Under the pieces are notes generated by a model, which saw only the letters and a program-made list of their open reading frames with translations, had not been told where the DNA came from and did not search any database. Positions 1-13,429 of a DNA stretch of 64,000 nucleotides are shown piece after piece. The translations under genes were made by a program, and so were the position numbers. The stretch is from the NCBI GenBank assembly GCA_964234715.1, contig OZ174280.1. One strand, written 5' to 3'. How positions within the stretch are numbered: position 1 is the stretch's first letter; every line of letters starts with the position of its first letter. Source of the stretch: Podarcis melisellensis (taxonomy: Eukaryota).

Positions 1-374
1 GCAGGGGCATCATAGGCTGAACAGGAACATGATGACAAGCAGAGGGGTGAGCTGGAGGGCAGCCTTCCTGTGCTTCTTCAGCCTCCAGCCAAAAATAAAC
101 CCCACTTGCTCTCCCAGTCTCCCTGGGTGGTGTCTGTTTATTTTCTGTAAGTGATCCTACAAGGAACAGAACTGCTGCCAAGGCTTCGTGGTGGAAGAAG
201 GGTAAGCTATACTGAGGTCATTGTCCGCACAATACATTTTCCAACAATAGGAAAACGCTTTGTTCCAGAGAGAACAACGCCTGACCCAAGGTTAGGGCTG
301 TAGAAACCATCGCAAAGCCAACATGATGTGGATATGTGAACATGCCATTTGCTGCTGTTGCTACAGAACGGCAG

Positions 375-553
375 ATTAACACCATGCATTTAAGGCACAT
401 CCAATGCACATTTAAAGCATGTGCCTTCCCCTAAATAATATTGGGAACTCTAGTTTGTTAAGGGTGTTGAGAATTGGAGCTCTTTAAAGGGGAAGCTACA
501 GTTCCCAGTATTCTTTAGGGGAAGCCAGGAGCTTTAAATGCATGGTGTGGATC
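375..553. mobile_element. Palindromic MITE, family A (accatrcatttaaagcac...gctttaaatgyatggtgtggat)
   Basis: Self-complementary arms; related copies at 5537-5692 and 9395-9729. Confidence 0.65.
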
Positions 554-1655
554 TCTGTGTACAAATGTGTATTTATGCATGTATATATGTGAGCTCAGAA
601 GACATTGCCTGGTACCTTCAGTTGAGCCCCATTACTTCACTGACCGCTCAGCTAAATGCTTTTCTACGCAGTAGGGTAATAGCTATGGCTCAATTGTTTG
701 TCTCAGTTGAGTTTGTCTCATTTTTCTACAGCTTTGGCTCAATTCATTGGGAGTTTGTCAATGTGAAAAAAACGTGCTTATCTTTCTTTCAGCACCAAAT
801 CCCTTTAAAGTTCCTTGAAATACAGAAATTACAAGTAGAGGAATAAAAACCCAGTTAGTGGCAGGAAATTTTAAAATACTGCTAGCTTTGCCAATATAAA
901 AAATAATAATGCATGTACTGCAGAAGATTTAAAGGGCTGAGCAGCTGGGCAAGGGAAGAGGCTGTTGTATATGAAAATTGACAAACTGGGGGATTCCAGA
1001 AAAAAAGCTAATATAACTCCACCCCACTGTTGCTGATCTACTCCTCACCCCTCAGCTTGAGGCATGGGAGACTACAGAGTTGAATAAAGGTTTCTCCAGT
1101 CTCAGAATATATGGGTGAAAGGCCAGTAAATGTTTTTTGGATAGCCTGTTTGTAAATATTGATTCTCACATGAAAACTAATTACATATTTTGCATTTGCT
1201 CAGATAATAATTGTATCTATGTTATTGTGCTATCAGTTACATCCCCCCTCGTCCTTTCCACCATCTCATCCTAGAATGCCACGGAAACTTGCTATAATGT
1301 TGGAAAACAAGAGACACACCTAGAATGGGGAATGCTGGGAAAGAGCATGACAGCAGAGGATTCATTCTTTTGTACTTTAATACCTACACAGTAATTGTGT
1401 TTAGATTCTCTGGGTTTATAAAATAATATCCATGGATTACCTACACAAGAAGTAGGATTATGTAAAGACGTTTTAAATGTGCTTGACATACCAAAACCAA
1501 TGCTACAGTGAATTAATGTTTATGATGTAAATGTGTTAAGTGTACAGTATATGAGGAAAAAACATCGCTGTCCAAAACCCCCACAAATCTGAAATGAAAA
1601 ATATTAGAGCAGATAGCCTAAGGCAATAAGTGCTTTATCCTAGTGACTAGAAAGG

Positions 1656-2358
1656 CATTGTTGACATCCATCTGTCTCAAGAGACAATGGAGTGTGCCTC
1701 TGGAGGTGAAGTCAAACCGCTGCATTAGCAGCACCCAAGTGGCCTCCCTTGGGCACAAGGCTGAGCAGTGTATATGGAGATCTTGGGCTGCTCAGATGAC
1801 AAGACCCTCCCCCCTGCCCCCGCTGATGTGGATCAGAGGAAAGCAATACTGGAAGGAGGCGTACAGGGCACCATTCAATCGCCTTTGGGACTCCATCCCT
1901 GATTTGTGTAGGGTTTACTCCTTAGCCTTTTATTCTCTGAAGATATCCTGCAAGGCAGCAGAGGTTTAGGATCAGAATTTTCCTTCTCCTAAATGGGCTA
2001 CCTTCCCAGGTTGATGAGCCCCCTCTTCCCCTCATTTCCATCTATAGCACGTGCAGAAATCATCTTCTTGGCCATTGGACCCATTATTGGTCTCGTCCAT
2101 TCAATCCACTGTAGCCTGTCTTTGCATGCAGGGGAAGTCCCTAACTCACTGAGGGTTTGAGACCCATTGGTTAACCTCACCTGCTTTAGCTGGCCAGTTG
2201 AAGCCATTTCTGGGATGTGGCTGCTGTCACATGCTGACAGCTTCCAGAAGCCACAGGTGAGAGATGAATGCAGGGTGGGAACCACAGGTGAACAAACTAC
2301 CTCAGAAGGAGCATGACGTGTCCCCTACCAGAGGTAATACCCATCCCCTAACACTCCA
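1656..2358 (-). mobile_element. RTE-clade LINE derivative, probably non-autonomous
   Basis: On the - strand contains ggggctcatcaacctgggaaggtagcccatttaggagaaggaaaattctga and gagtaaaccctacacaaatc, which I recall as RTE 5'UTR motifs. Ends in ccattgtctcttgagacagatggatgtcaacaa, an RTE-like 3' terminus. No EN/RT ORF. Confidence 0.55.
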
Positions 2359-3479
2359 TATTAAATTTAAGGAATGCAATTAAGGGGGTAATGAAATAAA
2401 TTTGTAGATACTTGTCAGGAAAGTGTTATATTTTATGTCTTACCCTCCAATAGAGGGGGAGCGGCTGGGGAAACTCAGGTGAGTAGGAAAGGCCAGGAGG
2501 GCTGCCAGTGAGGCTCCCTATCCCACCAGCCTCATGCAGTGCCTGAGGCAATTGCCTCACTCTGCCTAATGATAGGGCTGGCCCTGCAGACAATTCAAAG
2601 ACAGAACAAGCTACACATGCAGCATATTGGAGGGTTGATGTAGTTCCCCTTTATATGCTGTACAAATGCTTTGACTAGGGAAGGATGATTTATAGGGGCA
2701 GCCAGCAACATATGAATAATTCCATAATGGATATACTAGTTATATAAAAATATGTAATGACAATGCATTTCAGAAGGAAATAATCCACATGCTGAGTCAG
2801 ACCAGTTTCACCAAACATTTTGCTAGATCTATCTTGTAAAAATGTGTAGGGTCTTTAAAACCCAGATACTTGTGACCAAGTGTTATCCTGTACAAATAAC
2901 TTCCACAGGAAACTTGAAAGGGCATTTAGCAGCAAGTGCTGTATTTCAAAGTTAGGTATTTGTATTCTAAATGGATTTGGTAATTTATCTTAAACTTCCC
3001 TGTTACCAGTGAGTTAAAGTTTTCATAGGTCCTTGGCACGTCTTAAGATTTTCTTTAGCACATTTTCTGAAAAGGAAGAGCCTGCCTTCCTGGCCGCTGC
3101 TCCCACCCCTCACCCCCATGATGAAATGAAGCACTGTGTTCTAGGCTCAGAAACCAAAAAAGCAAATAGGAACTATATCAAGACTCAGTTGTTTTCAAAA
3201 CTTTTGAGCCCATCCCATTTGTTGCAGATAATGACTGAAAATTTATAAAAGGCTGTGTTAGTAGTAATAGGGTTTTTGTAACTCCCAAGTGTCTGAAAGA
3301 CCCAGCTGGTAAGGGTGGGGACTTGTGATATTTCCCAAAACATCAGCAATCCACCCACTAAAAATTAAATGCTATACAAGGCACAAAAAGTTGGAATCCA
3401 TACGTAAGTTGCAGTTTGAAGGCAGCCTGTTTTGATGTAAAGATAACTGTCATGGTCTTTGTGGCCGCATATGGACTTC

Positions 3480-4230
3480 AAGTTAAACCATAGTTCAGCA
3501 TTACAAGAAAACACCTTGGTGGCCTGGTTCACACATAATACTAAGCCATAGTTATTTAAGCCGTGGTTTAACAATTAATTTGTTTTTTGAAGGTTAACTG
3601 CTTTTAAATAGTACTGTTTTATACTGACATGTCTTCTGCCCTGGGCACCAGTGGAAGAAGGGCAGATATAAATTTAATAAAATAATATAAATATAACTAA
3701 ATAATTATAAAGTTAACAAACACAGACAGACAATCAAACATACTATTGCTGTTACTTCAAAGTTCAGTTTGGTTTGTTTGCTCTTGCCTCATGTTTATTG
3801 TAGTTTGGTGAGCTTCTGGAGTGGGATGATCAAACAAACTATAGTTAAGACAGGGTTTTGGATTCATATGTAACACCAATCCATAGTTAAAACAAACTTA
3901 TGTTTATAAGCCATGAACCAGCTGTAGCTTCAGATTGTGGTTTGTTGGCAGTTAACAAAACTAGTTAAACTGGGCAGGGTTCACACATAATGGTAAGTCA
4001 TGGTTTAATAAGCCATGGTTTAATGTTTTGTGTGAACCAGAGTCTTGGCTCATGTGCTCCTCCCTTCTCCCTCAACACAGCTGCAAGGAGTTCTAAAACT
4101 TTTGCTTCCATTCTTGCTTAACCACAACTTGTCCTGTCATCTGAATTAACAAAGTGTGGTTAACCGTAACTACGGTTTGTTTGAAAGAAGCTTCAAGTCA
4201 AACATTGTTAACATTAATCAAAATGTGTTA
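3480..4230. mobile_element. Cluster of degenerate palindromic MITEs (ggcctggttcacacata.../aaccatrgtt units), with an L2-like 3' tail near 3590-3690
   Basis: Repeated aaccatagtt/aactatggtt self-complementary units and ggttcacaca/tgtgtgaacc termini; related pieces at 15020-15085 and 28410-28628. Confidence 0.5.
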
Positions 4231-5536
4231 ATTCAGAGGATGGGACAAGCTGTGGTTATGTAAAAGTGGAAGTGGTGGCTTGCAAATTCTTCCACATGGC
4301 CATGGCAGTACAGGGCAGGGAGCATGTGAAACGGAGACTTACTGCAGCTCATTCTCATAATCCTAAAACTATGTTCAGGGCACAGTGGTGTAGCTAGTTG
4401 CTTGGGTGCCTGGGGTGTCGCTTGAGCCCTGTGCCTGGGGTGGGCCACCCATGGTGGCGGGGCCAGGGGCCCACTGGGCAGGGCGAGCCATGGCAGAGCA
4501 TGCTACACGGAACCTCCAAGGAGTCCGCCCACCACCTCCCCTTCAGCTGTAAGGTGGCTGAGGGGGAGGCAGCGGGCAGACACAAGCCCTACACTGGCAT
4601 TTGGGGCAGTGTGGAGCATGCAGGTGCCTGAGCCACCACGTCACTTCCAGGAGAGACACATAGCTTGGGTGCACTGCAGGCCCTGGTAAGTGATGCCAAC
4701 CACAGTGTGGTGCGCAGTACGCCCTGCCCGCCCCCAGCTATGCCTCTGGTTCAGGGAAACCCAGATTGGGCACCCCAGAAGTTGGGAGACTCACATACCT
4801 CTCAGTTGACTCACTTCCTCTTTACCTGGACTCAGCATCATAACTGCAACCCCACTGCAATAGTTCTCCCTCTTCCACACTCCTTCACAAACATTCCTTC
4901 TCTCTCTCAAGCAAATATTATTTCTGGACAAATACAGTGTGAATCAGCCCCTTTTGTTTTGCAGGCCTAGCTTGTCAGGCTGCTGTTTAATGACCCTCGT
5001 GCTGTGTACTGTAGGCTGTTCATTAACCTCTAGCCACAGATGGTGAGGAGCTGGCATTGAGCCACTGGGAACAGTTTGGCAGCGCTAACCAGGAGCTGCC
5101 AGTGACCTTTACACAGGGATGACTATGCCTACCACAGGGAATCAAGTTGATGGAGAATTTGGTGTGGCCATTTAAGTAATGCCTTCTCCTAATAGGGGTA
5201 GTGTCAGGGCCTATGTGGACCTGTGCCTTTGCTTTTAAGGTGCAGGGTTTTAGCAATGAAAATAGCAGCAGCTTAACAGAGTGATAATTTTTTTAATTGC
5301 AGCAGGCTTGAAGAGGCTATTTAACCCTCTTCCTCACTTGCTGCAGCCCTGAGAAAAAGCCTTTCTCTGAAGCCACTATTTGCACCAGGCCTCTCCATGT
5401 CTGCTGCAATTCCAGAAACTCCCCCAGGCTAATGCAATCTGTGTTTCTAAAACTCTGCAGTCCTGATAATCATCACCCACCCCATGATGCAATTTGCATT
5501 TTAAGAAACATTAAATGCCAATATGCTTTTAGCATT

Positions 5537-5692
5537 ATCCACATTCGAACCATACATTTAAAGCACATGACCTCTCTGCAAGAATTTTGGGAACTAGATT
5601 CTTCCTCATAGATCCACAGTTCCCATGAGTCTTTGGAGAAAGTAATGTGCTTTAAATGTAAGCTGGATGTGCTTTAAATGTATGGTGTGGAT
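5537..5692. mobile_element. Palindromic MITE, family A copy
   Basis: atccaca...accatacatttaaagcaca pairs with tgtgctttaaatgtatggtgtggat; internal gggaact/agttccc arms. Confidence 0.65.
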
Positions 5693-7513
5693 TTGCCAAT
5701 CATACCTAGTTTGGCCCTTGGCATCTTAATATTATGCTATTGCAATGTATATAGCAGAGGTATTAAAACCATGACCATGGGCTACATATGTTCTTTGTAG
5801 GCCAAGCCATACATTTGCATCATGTAAATGGATACCACACAAAATTATTCCCTACACATGCAGTGCTGGTGATGACAGGTGCAGCAGCAAAGGACTCAGG
5901 TGTGAAATGTTATTTTGATAGCCCTCTGAACTCTCCACCCAGGTAATAGAATCAAACAAATTGGTTATTAATTAGTAGAGGGGATTAAATAATGACTGCT
6001 GCCGTGAGTCACAAGAGAGTACACAGACACACAAGGAGTGTCATTCAGTAAACACACTTGGGGAAACCTAATGGTAATACACACGCATATACTTGAGTCA
6101 TAGCAGAATCATGATTGTTTACCTGGGGTGCAATATATGTGGAACTGGGAAAGAGACAAAGAGTATATGTTCCTTCCTCACTACCACATGAGAGCATTAT
6201 TTTGGTTTCTCAGCCTCTGGTGCTATTCATCTTAAAGCATTATTTTGTTAATTACAAAAGCTACCCCAACATTATAGGCATGTCCAGCAAGTTTACCATT
6301 GTGCGGTACTTCCCAAATATTTGAATTTGGACCCACCTATAGACATCATCTTCCCTCTGAGCCCTGTCCCCCACAACTTTTGGTAGGCAGCCATGTATTT
6401 AGTGTGCGATCACACAAAATCGTCACACACTAGTCACTGCTGCTGGGTGTAAGAATCTGATGACTGGGGTGCTAAATCAATTCTGGCATTAGAAGACAGC
6501 TAAAACAGACTTCCTCTTTAAGCCAGCCTCTGAAGGAGACAGAAGCGGGGAGGAGCTGCTGTGGCCAAATATATTTGGCTTGCCATTGTGCAACTTCCAT
6601 GATAACAGCAATTTTATTGGCTGCAACTGTAAAGCTCTATTGCTGCAAAAGGAGAGCTTTGCCTGCTCTTCTGCCTCCCTTGAGCTTCAAACCCATCCTT
6701 GAATTCACTCCTCGCAGTGTCCCATGCAACAGTCTGAGAATTATTTAAAGGCTTTATATATGGGAGAGGAGCTTTATTTATTTATTTAAATTTATACACC
6801 GCTCGGTTGGGGGGGGGGGAAATCCTCAAAGCAGTTTAAAAAAGATAAAATGGTAGAATTAAGAAAAAATGTACACCCTTACTTTAAAACATACAAAAGT
6901 TAAAATACTAAACGGATTAAAATTACCTTAGACTTTAGTCTAATTCCGGGCACAGGCAAGATGCCTAAACCTAAAACATCCCCTACAGATGCTTACATAA
7001 GTTTAACTTATTAAGATGATCCTATCTAAGCATTCTTATGAAGAAGAAATCTTACTGAAGTTAAGGAGACTTAGTCCACAGTTTATACTCAGGACTGAGA
7101 TGTAAAACTGCTGCTATTATATGTTCCTACATTGCCTTGGAAAACACTTATTCTCCACTTTCCCCCATTGTGGGTTCTTATACTCTAGGGCTATATAGTG
7201 CTGTTGATACATTGCTTTTCTGCACACAGCTGATGGAATTAAATGGGGTTCTATATGGCATCTATTTAATAGAGTACTATTTCCTTATAAAACCCAGCAA
7301 TGTGAGTCCTAACGGGCAAGTGTGCACTTCTAAGTGTGCACTTTGATATGTCCCACTACAGCAAAGTCTTACTTCTCCTTACTTCTGCCTCTTTAATTAG
7401 TAGCTTCTCTATTTTCTCTTTCTTTTAAAGTGGCTTCTGCCCCTTTAATTAGCTGTTTCCAGAGTACAGTGGAGTAGCTTTAATCACTGGATATCTCTTT
7501 GCAGTCAGAACAA

Positions 7514-7548
<35 letters not shown>
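7514..7548. repeat. (TTGC)8 microsatellite
   Basis: Direct read. Confidence 0.95.
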
Positions 7549-9394
7549 ATTAGGCACATTTTTGCAATTTCACTCTTAAAAATAAAATGAATTAGAACAA
7601 TTATGCATATCTGCAAACAGGAAACCAGTCATTAATACACACACTCCATGGAGCAGGAGCTAACTAATTACAGCCAATCCAAGAATGCCATGGGCACAGA
7701 AGTGAAGGAACTAATTACAGGGGCACTAGCAGCTTTAAATGAAAGAGGCAAGGATGAAGCTAGCACAAATCATTTATGAAAAAAGGCAGAAAAACAAGAG
7801 AAAACATTAGAATGTGGTAGGCTGGATTCTCTGTAAAATGGTGAGTGAATGAATGCTGTATTATTATGGGAAACACAGCTAATATGGAAGCAACGGCTGC
7901 ACATGGCTCGGTTCAAGACTGCTATTTCACTTTTCTGCAGAAAGCCCCCAAATTAGCAGGGCCCAAAGATACATCCCAAATACATTTTTAAGGTTAAATT
8001 GTGAAAAGGCAATGCATTTTATAAATATGTGTTGTGGTTATTGTTGGTATCATTTCGTATCTCCTAATAACAGTAGTAATGCTATCAAAACAAAATAAAC
8101 AAGGCATTCATTTTAGAAGCAAATAGGCTTGTGCTTTTGACATGCATACCTAGTTCTTAGGACTGTTTAATTGTTCAGAACAATAGTCAAGCAGTTGTAC
8201 AGAGACAGAAAGCTGGCCAGAGATATGAGTGCTCCCGGGACATAATCGCTTGTGTGGTCGAGGGTGGGGGGTTCCTCTCCTCCCTAAATGGTGTTCCTGT
8301 TTGGCTGGTTTGCTTGAGCGATTTGAAGTACATACAGGCGAAAGATGCCATTTCACTCATGGTGAGCCATTCCTAACTTATATTTGAGGTTGAAGAGGCT
8401 GGGTTTTGTTCAGTCCAGCTGCAATGATTATATTATTCTTTGAAGTTGCAGACCTATCCCACTTACTTGGGAGGAAGCCTCACTGAAATAAATGGGACTT
8501 GATTGTGAGTAGGCATGTATAGGAAGTTTTTAAAAAAAACACCAACCCCAACACATTCCCTTATTATTTTCCTCCTCAAGCATCATGTGTCCTTTTACCT
8601 TTTGCCATACATCACCCAGTCTGTGTGTCTTGCTGTCTTCTGAATTGTCTTCAGTTAGTATGTCTTCTTTTTAAAAGCAGCAGTAAAGGTCAAATTTATA
8701 CACCACATCCTCACCTCTCCCAGTGCCTATATTGCCCTATCCCAGCTGAGCTGGCCTTAAGCCTTTCTATTTATGCTTGCTGGGAAAAAGCCCTGTTGGC
8801 AACAATTTAACTGGAATAAGTTACACCAGTGTAAAGGAGGAAAAAAACAAAACCCAGGGAATATTATGGGCAGAGAATTGGCATGTTGGGGCTGGAAGGG
8901 ATAGTGGGGCAAGAAAGTGAGTAGACAGAAGGTCCCCCCCCCCCGAGAAGTTTCCCCCACCCCAAACACACACACTGAGGACACCTAGCCCAAGAGACCC
9001 CCAGAACTTGGAGCCAGCACTACATTAATTTGAAACAAGCTGTTGAACTAGAATTTTATTCAGCAAGTCTGCGCTTGGGCTTTTATGATCGAGATGCAGC
9101 AGTAAGTCCCTGTTTGTCAGCGTTGCACTACTGATTCATATTCAGAGTATAATTAGCCGCTCTGTCATACACACCCCTACACACACATAGTGTCTGGGAC
9201 AGTTTTTGGCAAATGGACTCTGTTTTCCCTTCAAGGTCTGGCAAGTTCCCGTTTAAAGAAGGAATGCAGAGTTCCTTTTCCCTCTGATATTTAAGCAGGA
9301 ATTAATGCTGAGAGGAGAGGCGGACCTGGAAAGGATGATATTGTAGAGCAAATAGCTAGAATCAACATTTTGGCCCAATAAACAATAAGTCTAA

Positions 9395-9729
9395 GGCTGT
9401 GTACACACTATACCTCTAAAATACATTTGAAGCACATTTATGCCTTCAATGAATTCTGGGCACTGTGGTTTATCAAGGGTGCTGGGAAACTGTAACTCTG
9501 TGAGTGGTAGACTACAGTGCCCATAATTATTTTGAAGAAAATAATGTGCTTTAAAGGCAGTGCTCCCCCCCCCCAAATAATGTTTAGGGGTACTCTCATT
9601 TTCCTACTCATATTGAAATACTGCCCCTCAATGAAGCCAAACTTAGATTCACAAAATGTTGGGGGGTATGCGTACCCCTGCATACCCCCAGAAAAAAGCA
9701 CTGTTTAAAGGTATAATGTGAATACAACC
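9395..9729. mobile_element. Palindromic MITE, family A copy, interrupted by the hAT MITE at 9558-9703
   Basis: Same arms as 375-553; its right arm is split by a nested insertion. Confidence 0.6.
9558..9703 (-). mobile_element. hAT non-autonomous element (family B) with 8-bp TSD
   Basis: Termini CAGTGCT...AGCACTG; perfect 8-bp duplication TTTAAAGG at 9550-9557 and 9704-9711. Confidence 0.85.
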
Positions 9730-10828
9730 TAAAGCACATTGAGAAGGTTTAGATGCTGAACTGGTATATGGAGCCCACAGGAGAAATAATCCTGGGTGAC
9801 TTGAGGAAAGGGGCTAATTAAGCGGGGATAGCTGCCAACCTGTACTTCTACAGTACAGCTCAAAGTCACAGCCTCTCTGGAGGTCTATCTCAGGTGTAGG
9901 GGTTGTCTGTAACATATCACTTTTATTGACCTAGGTAAAGGCAGCTCTGTTTCAAGAAACAGGCAAGTGCACAGAGTGGACTTCAGCAGGAAGCTTCTAA
10001 CTGTCTTTGTTTATTGATGCACACAGTGTATTTATACTATAGACAGAGCCTGGGTTACTCCCAAATTGGAGAAGTTGTGTACAGGAGATGTGAGGGGTGG
10101 GGGCTTACCAAAGGGTATTGTGGAGGACAGAGAAAGGAGTTAAGGGTTGAAAACTAACAAAAACCACTGTGCAAAGGCAAAAAGGCTCCTGCATACACAG
10201 AAGTGACCCAGCTGGAGAGAGTGTCCCCTGGGAGCTTGCACTGAATTTGGATTGAAGATAAAAAGAGGCTTTCAAATAATCCAAAGTGTGACATTCTAAA
10301 ATAGCTTCCCTAGCAAAGTTGTGAGAACAAAGGATCTAATTCATTTGAAAACTCAGCAGGGTGTATTTGAAAAATATTGCATGTGAGGTCTATCTGATGC
10401 TTCCACATTTTTTCCTGGTGCTTTCTTATTTACTCCCTGAAGTTTTAAAATATACACCTCTGCCATACATGTCTGTGAATTGTAGAACTCACAACCAGCA
10501 TAGCTGAAGCACCCAGCTTATGAACACTCAGCTTTTGGATGTGGTTTGACAGATTGCAGGATTTCTCCAAGTGATGTTTAAAAATAAAAACCTGCAGGAG
10601 TAAAATGGACTACTTTGGACTATTATTAACATTATTATAGTTATTAATTTCATTTAAGAATTGCTTCCTATGAGGCATTCTGAATCAATATAAAATAGAA
10701 TAGCAGCCATATATAAAAAATTGTATATATAAAAACCATTTAAATAAAACAATTATATATATATACAAAACCAGTTTAAAACAACAAGAGAACATACATA
10801 AAATCAATTCAAATCCAAGAAGGATACC

Positions 10829-11003
10829 CAGAGCTTTTTTTTCTGGGGGTACACAGGGGTACGCATACCCCTAAACATTTTGTGAATCTTCATACTTTTG
10901 TCCATTTACTGTACTGTATTTATTTTTCCCGATTTGAACTATAATGGTATTTTCTTGAGTCAAAATGAGAGTACCCCCAAACATTTTTGTAGAAAAAAGC
11001 ACT
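10829..11003 (+). mobile_element. hAT non-autonomous element (family B), opposite orientation to 9558-9703
   Basis: Shares gggggtacacaggggtacgcatacccctaaacattttgtgaatct and aaaatgagagtacccc with the reverse complement of 9558-9703. Confidence 0.75.
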
Positions 11004-11215
11004 TCAGATATCAATGGGGATGAATATTTTAGAAGGCTTGTTGAAGGAGGAATTTGAAGCTACATGTCACAGAAGCGCATCTCTCTCTGTTAAAAATAAG
11101 AGCACACATAAGGACACTTCTCCCACCCCCTTCCCCACAGAGAGGGTAGTGCCAATGTATTTTGTGGGGGTGGGTGTTGGCTGGATTACACCTAGTATTA
11201 GTAAAACATGGATAG

Positions 11216-11560
11216 CAGGTGGGGGACCTCAGGCTTGGGGCTGAATGCAGGATTCTCCTCAAGCCAAAGCTCCTCCTCAGCCACACCCCCATTCTCCAGG
11301 CCACACCCCTCATTGGTGCTGCTTTGCAATCTCTTTGAGGGTTTGCCTGGCTGGAATGTGCGTTCGAAGTCTCTTCGTGCCTCTTACTTGTCTGGATGGA
11401 GACTAGCGAGGGGTGTGTGTCTGTATAAAAACAAGCCTAGCATACAAAGCTAAAAATTACATTAATTGCCCCACCCACTTTTGCTTCTGTCACCACATGG
11501 TCCCTGGAAGGTTGCCTAGAAGGGAATGAGGCCCTCAGGTGAACATGGTTTGCCACCCTG
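11216..11560 (-). mobile_element. hAT-like non-autonomous element (family C)
   Basis: Reverse-complement similarity to 34081-34430 (tgcctggctggaatgtg, cctcttacttgtc, acctcaggc). Confidence 0.65.
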
Positions 11561-12352
11561 ACTTAACACTAAGTATGCACTTTAAATTTGTTTTAATATA
11601 TACAGTATACAGTTATGCTCCTTGGTTTAGGAGAACACCAGAAACTTATTAGCATGGCCGGAAAAGAAATGAAAGCATTGAGGCAGTAGTGGGTGTGGAA
11701 AGGAGAAGAGCAGAAATTGATGGTTGATCCTCCCACCCTAAAACACCAAAGCAAATTTTTTGTGACCCCCCAAGTGGAGCAATTTGGAGCCCAATTTCCT
11801 CAACTTTTTGGATTATCTCCATATTGGACAAAGTCAAATTTACAGGGGAAAGCATAGATTTTTGTGTTATTTGACTGCACAAATTAAGCAACCACACAAT
11901 AAATTCTGTGTGGACAAGCCCTTAGTCTCTCTGTGGAACACAATACTTACACATGCTACTGAGAGAGAAAGACAGGACAAATACATCCACTCTCCACCCC
12001 AGCAATGAGATGTGATTGCATATGTGAATACATTTTGGCAAAAGTTACGTCTGCTCAGCAAAGGATGCATCCCACAGCTCAGCATGTGAGAGTCTGGTGT
12101 TCTGGCAGAGGGAATGTGATCGCCAGCAATGGTTCTTTCTTGTGGTGAGTGCTGCTCTCTTCTGGTGAGGGTGCATACATGCACTGTCTGTCTCTATTTG
12201 CATAAAATTGTCCAGGAACTTATTGTGATTTTTCTATCTCTGCAGTTTATTTCTCCAGGCAGGAAGGAAAAGATTCTGCTGAAAGCTTACTGAGCATGTA
12301 ACCTGACACAGAATGTTCCCTGGATAGTGTGGTACCTGCAGTGAGCATGTGG

Positions 12353-12380
<28 letters not shown>
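12353..12380. repeat. (GTCT)7 microsatellite
   Basis: Direct read. Confidence 0.95.
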
Positions 12381-12383
<3 letters not shown>

Positions 12384-13429
12384 CATCATGGGTACAGTGA
12401 AGAAGTATGAACAAAGGGAAATAATTATTGTGCATCAGATTGTTTTTACTCATATGTACAACCAAATACCATTTGTGGTAAGCAAATGCTACTTTCAGTA
12501 TTGATATCAACATATGGAACCCACATTGATAGGGGAGCCAACTCCTAGGGGCTGAGGTCTCTTCGCGCCCCCCTAAAATATTTCAGGGGCTCCCTGCCAA
12601 GTTGATGGGCATTGCCATTCAAATGGTGTGTGTGTCTCATGTCTTGTGATTGATTATGTGGGGAGGGGCTTACCCAGACCCCCTATTTTATTCAAGTTGG
12701 CACTCCTGGTGGCTATGTGTCCTACTTTACAGAGGATGCTCCTCTATTTCCCACTCTGCACTTTTAATTACACCTGGAAAAGAACTTGCAGTCAGTAAAG
12801 TTGGAATAAAATCAGAGTGACATGATACGCCATAAAACTGACTCTCATAAAAAGCCTCATAACTTCACTTTGAACCAGCTGCATTTTTGGGATGCTTTTT
12901 TGAATGCAGCCCTATATAGAACACATTGACATCTCAGTGTAACTAAGAGATGTGTTACCCTGACCAGTTTTGCTTTTTCCAGAAATCAGTGCAACTGGCA
13001 TGATAACAGGTCGGCAAAAGTAGTCCTGGCCACAACAGCCATTCAGTAACCTAAAGCACTGGATCCAGGAGTACCCAATTGCAGAAGTCGGCTGCAAATT
13101 ACTGCATAGACTCTGTGAGGAGTTTGCCCTCCTCCCCTCTCGCAGTTAACCACCGTCTCTTCAAATTATTGCATAGATTCTCCAGGGGGTCTGTCCTCCT
13201 CCCTTGGATTTTTCTCCTCCTTTGATGGACTACAGCTCTCATCACATCCTTTGCTTTTAACACAGATACTGGGGAATAAATTGTTTTGTCTGTTTAAATC
13301 AGACTGGATGTGTTTGATTTGTAGCTATTCTATGGAAATACCACTAAGATCACTTGTGGGAATAAATATTGTACTAAAATTCCTAACTTTTTTAAAAAAG
13401 GAAAAACGTTATGGCGATCATCCAGTTTA

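Noticed and set aside
4398-4970. GC-rich ORFs that might be KLF-type zinc-finger exons (KLF17 lies upstream of DMAP1 in human)
   Set aside because: No C2H2 spacing in the translations; the sequence looks repeat-derived.
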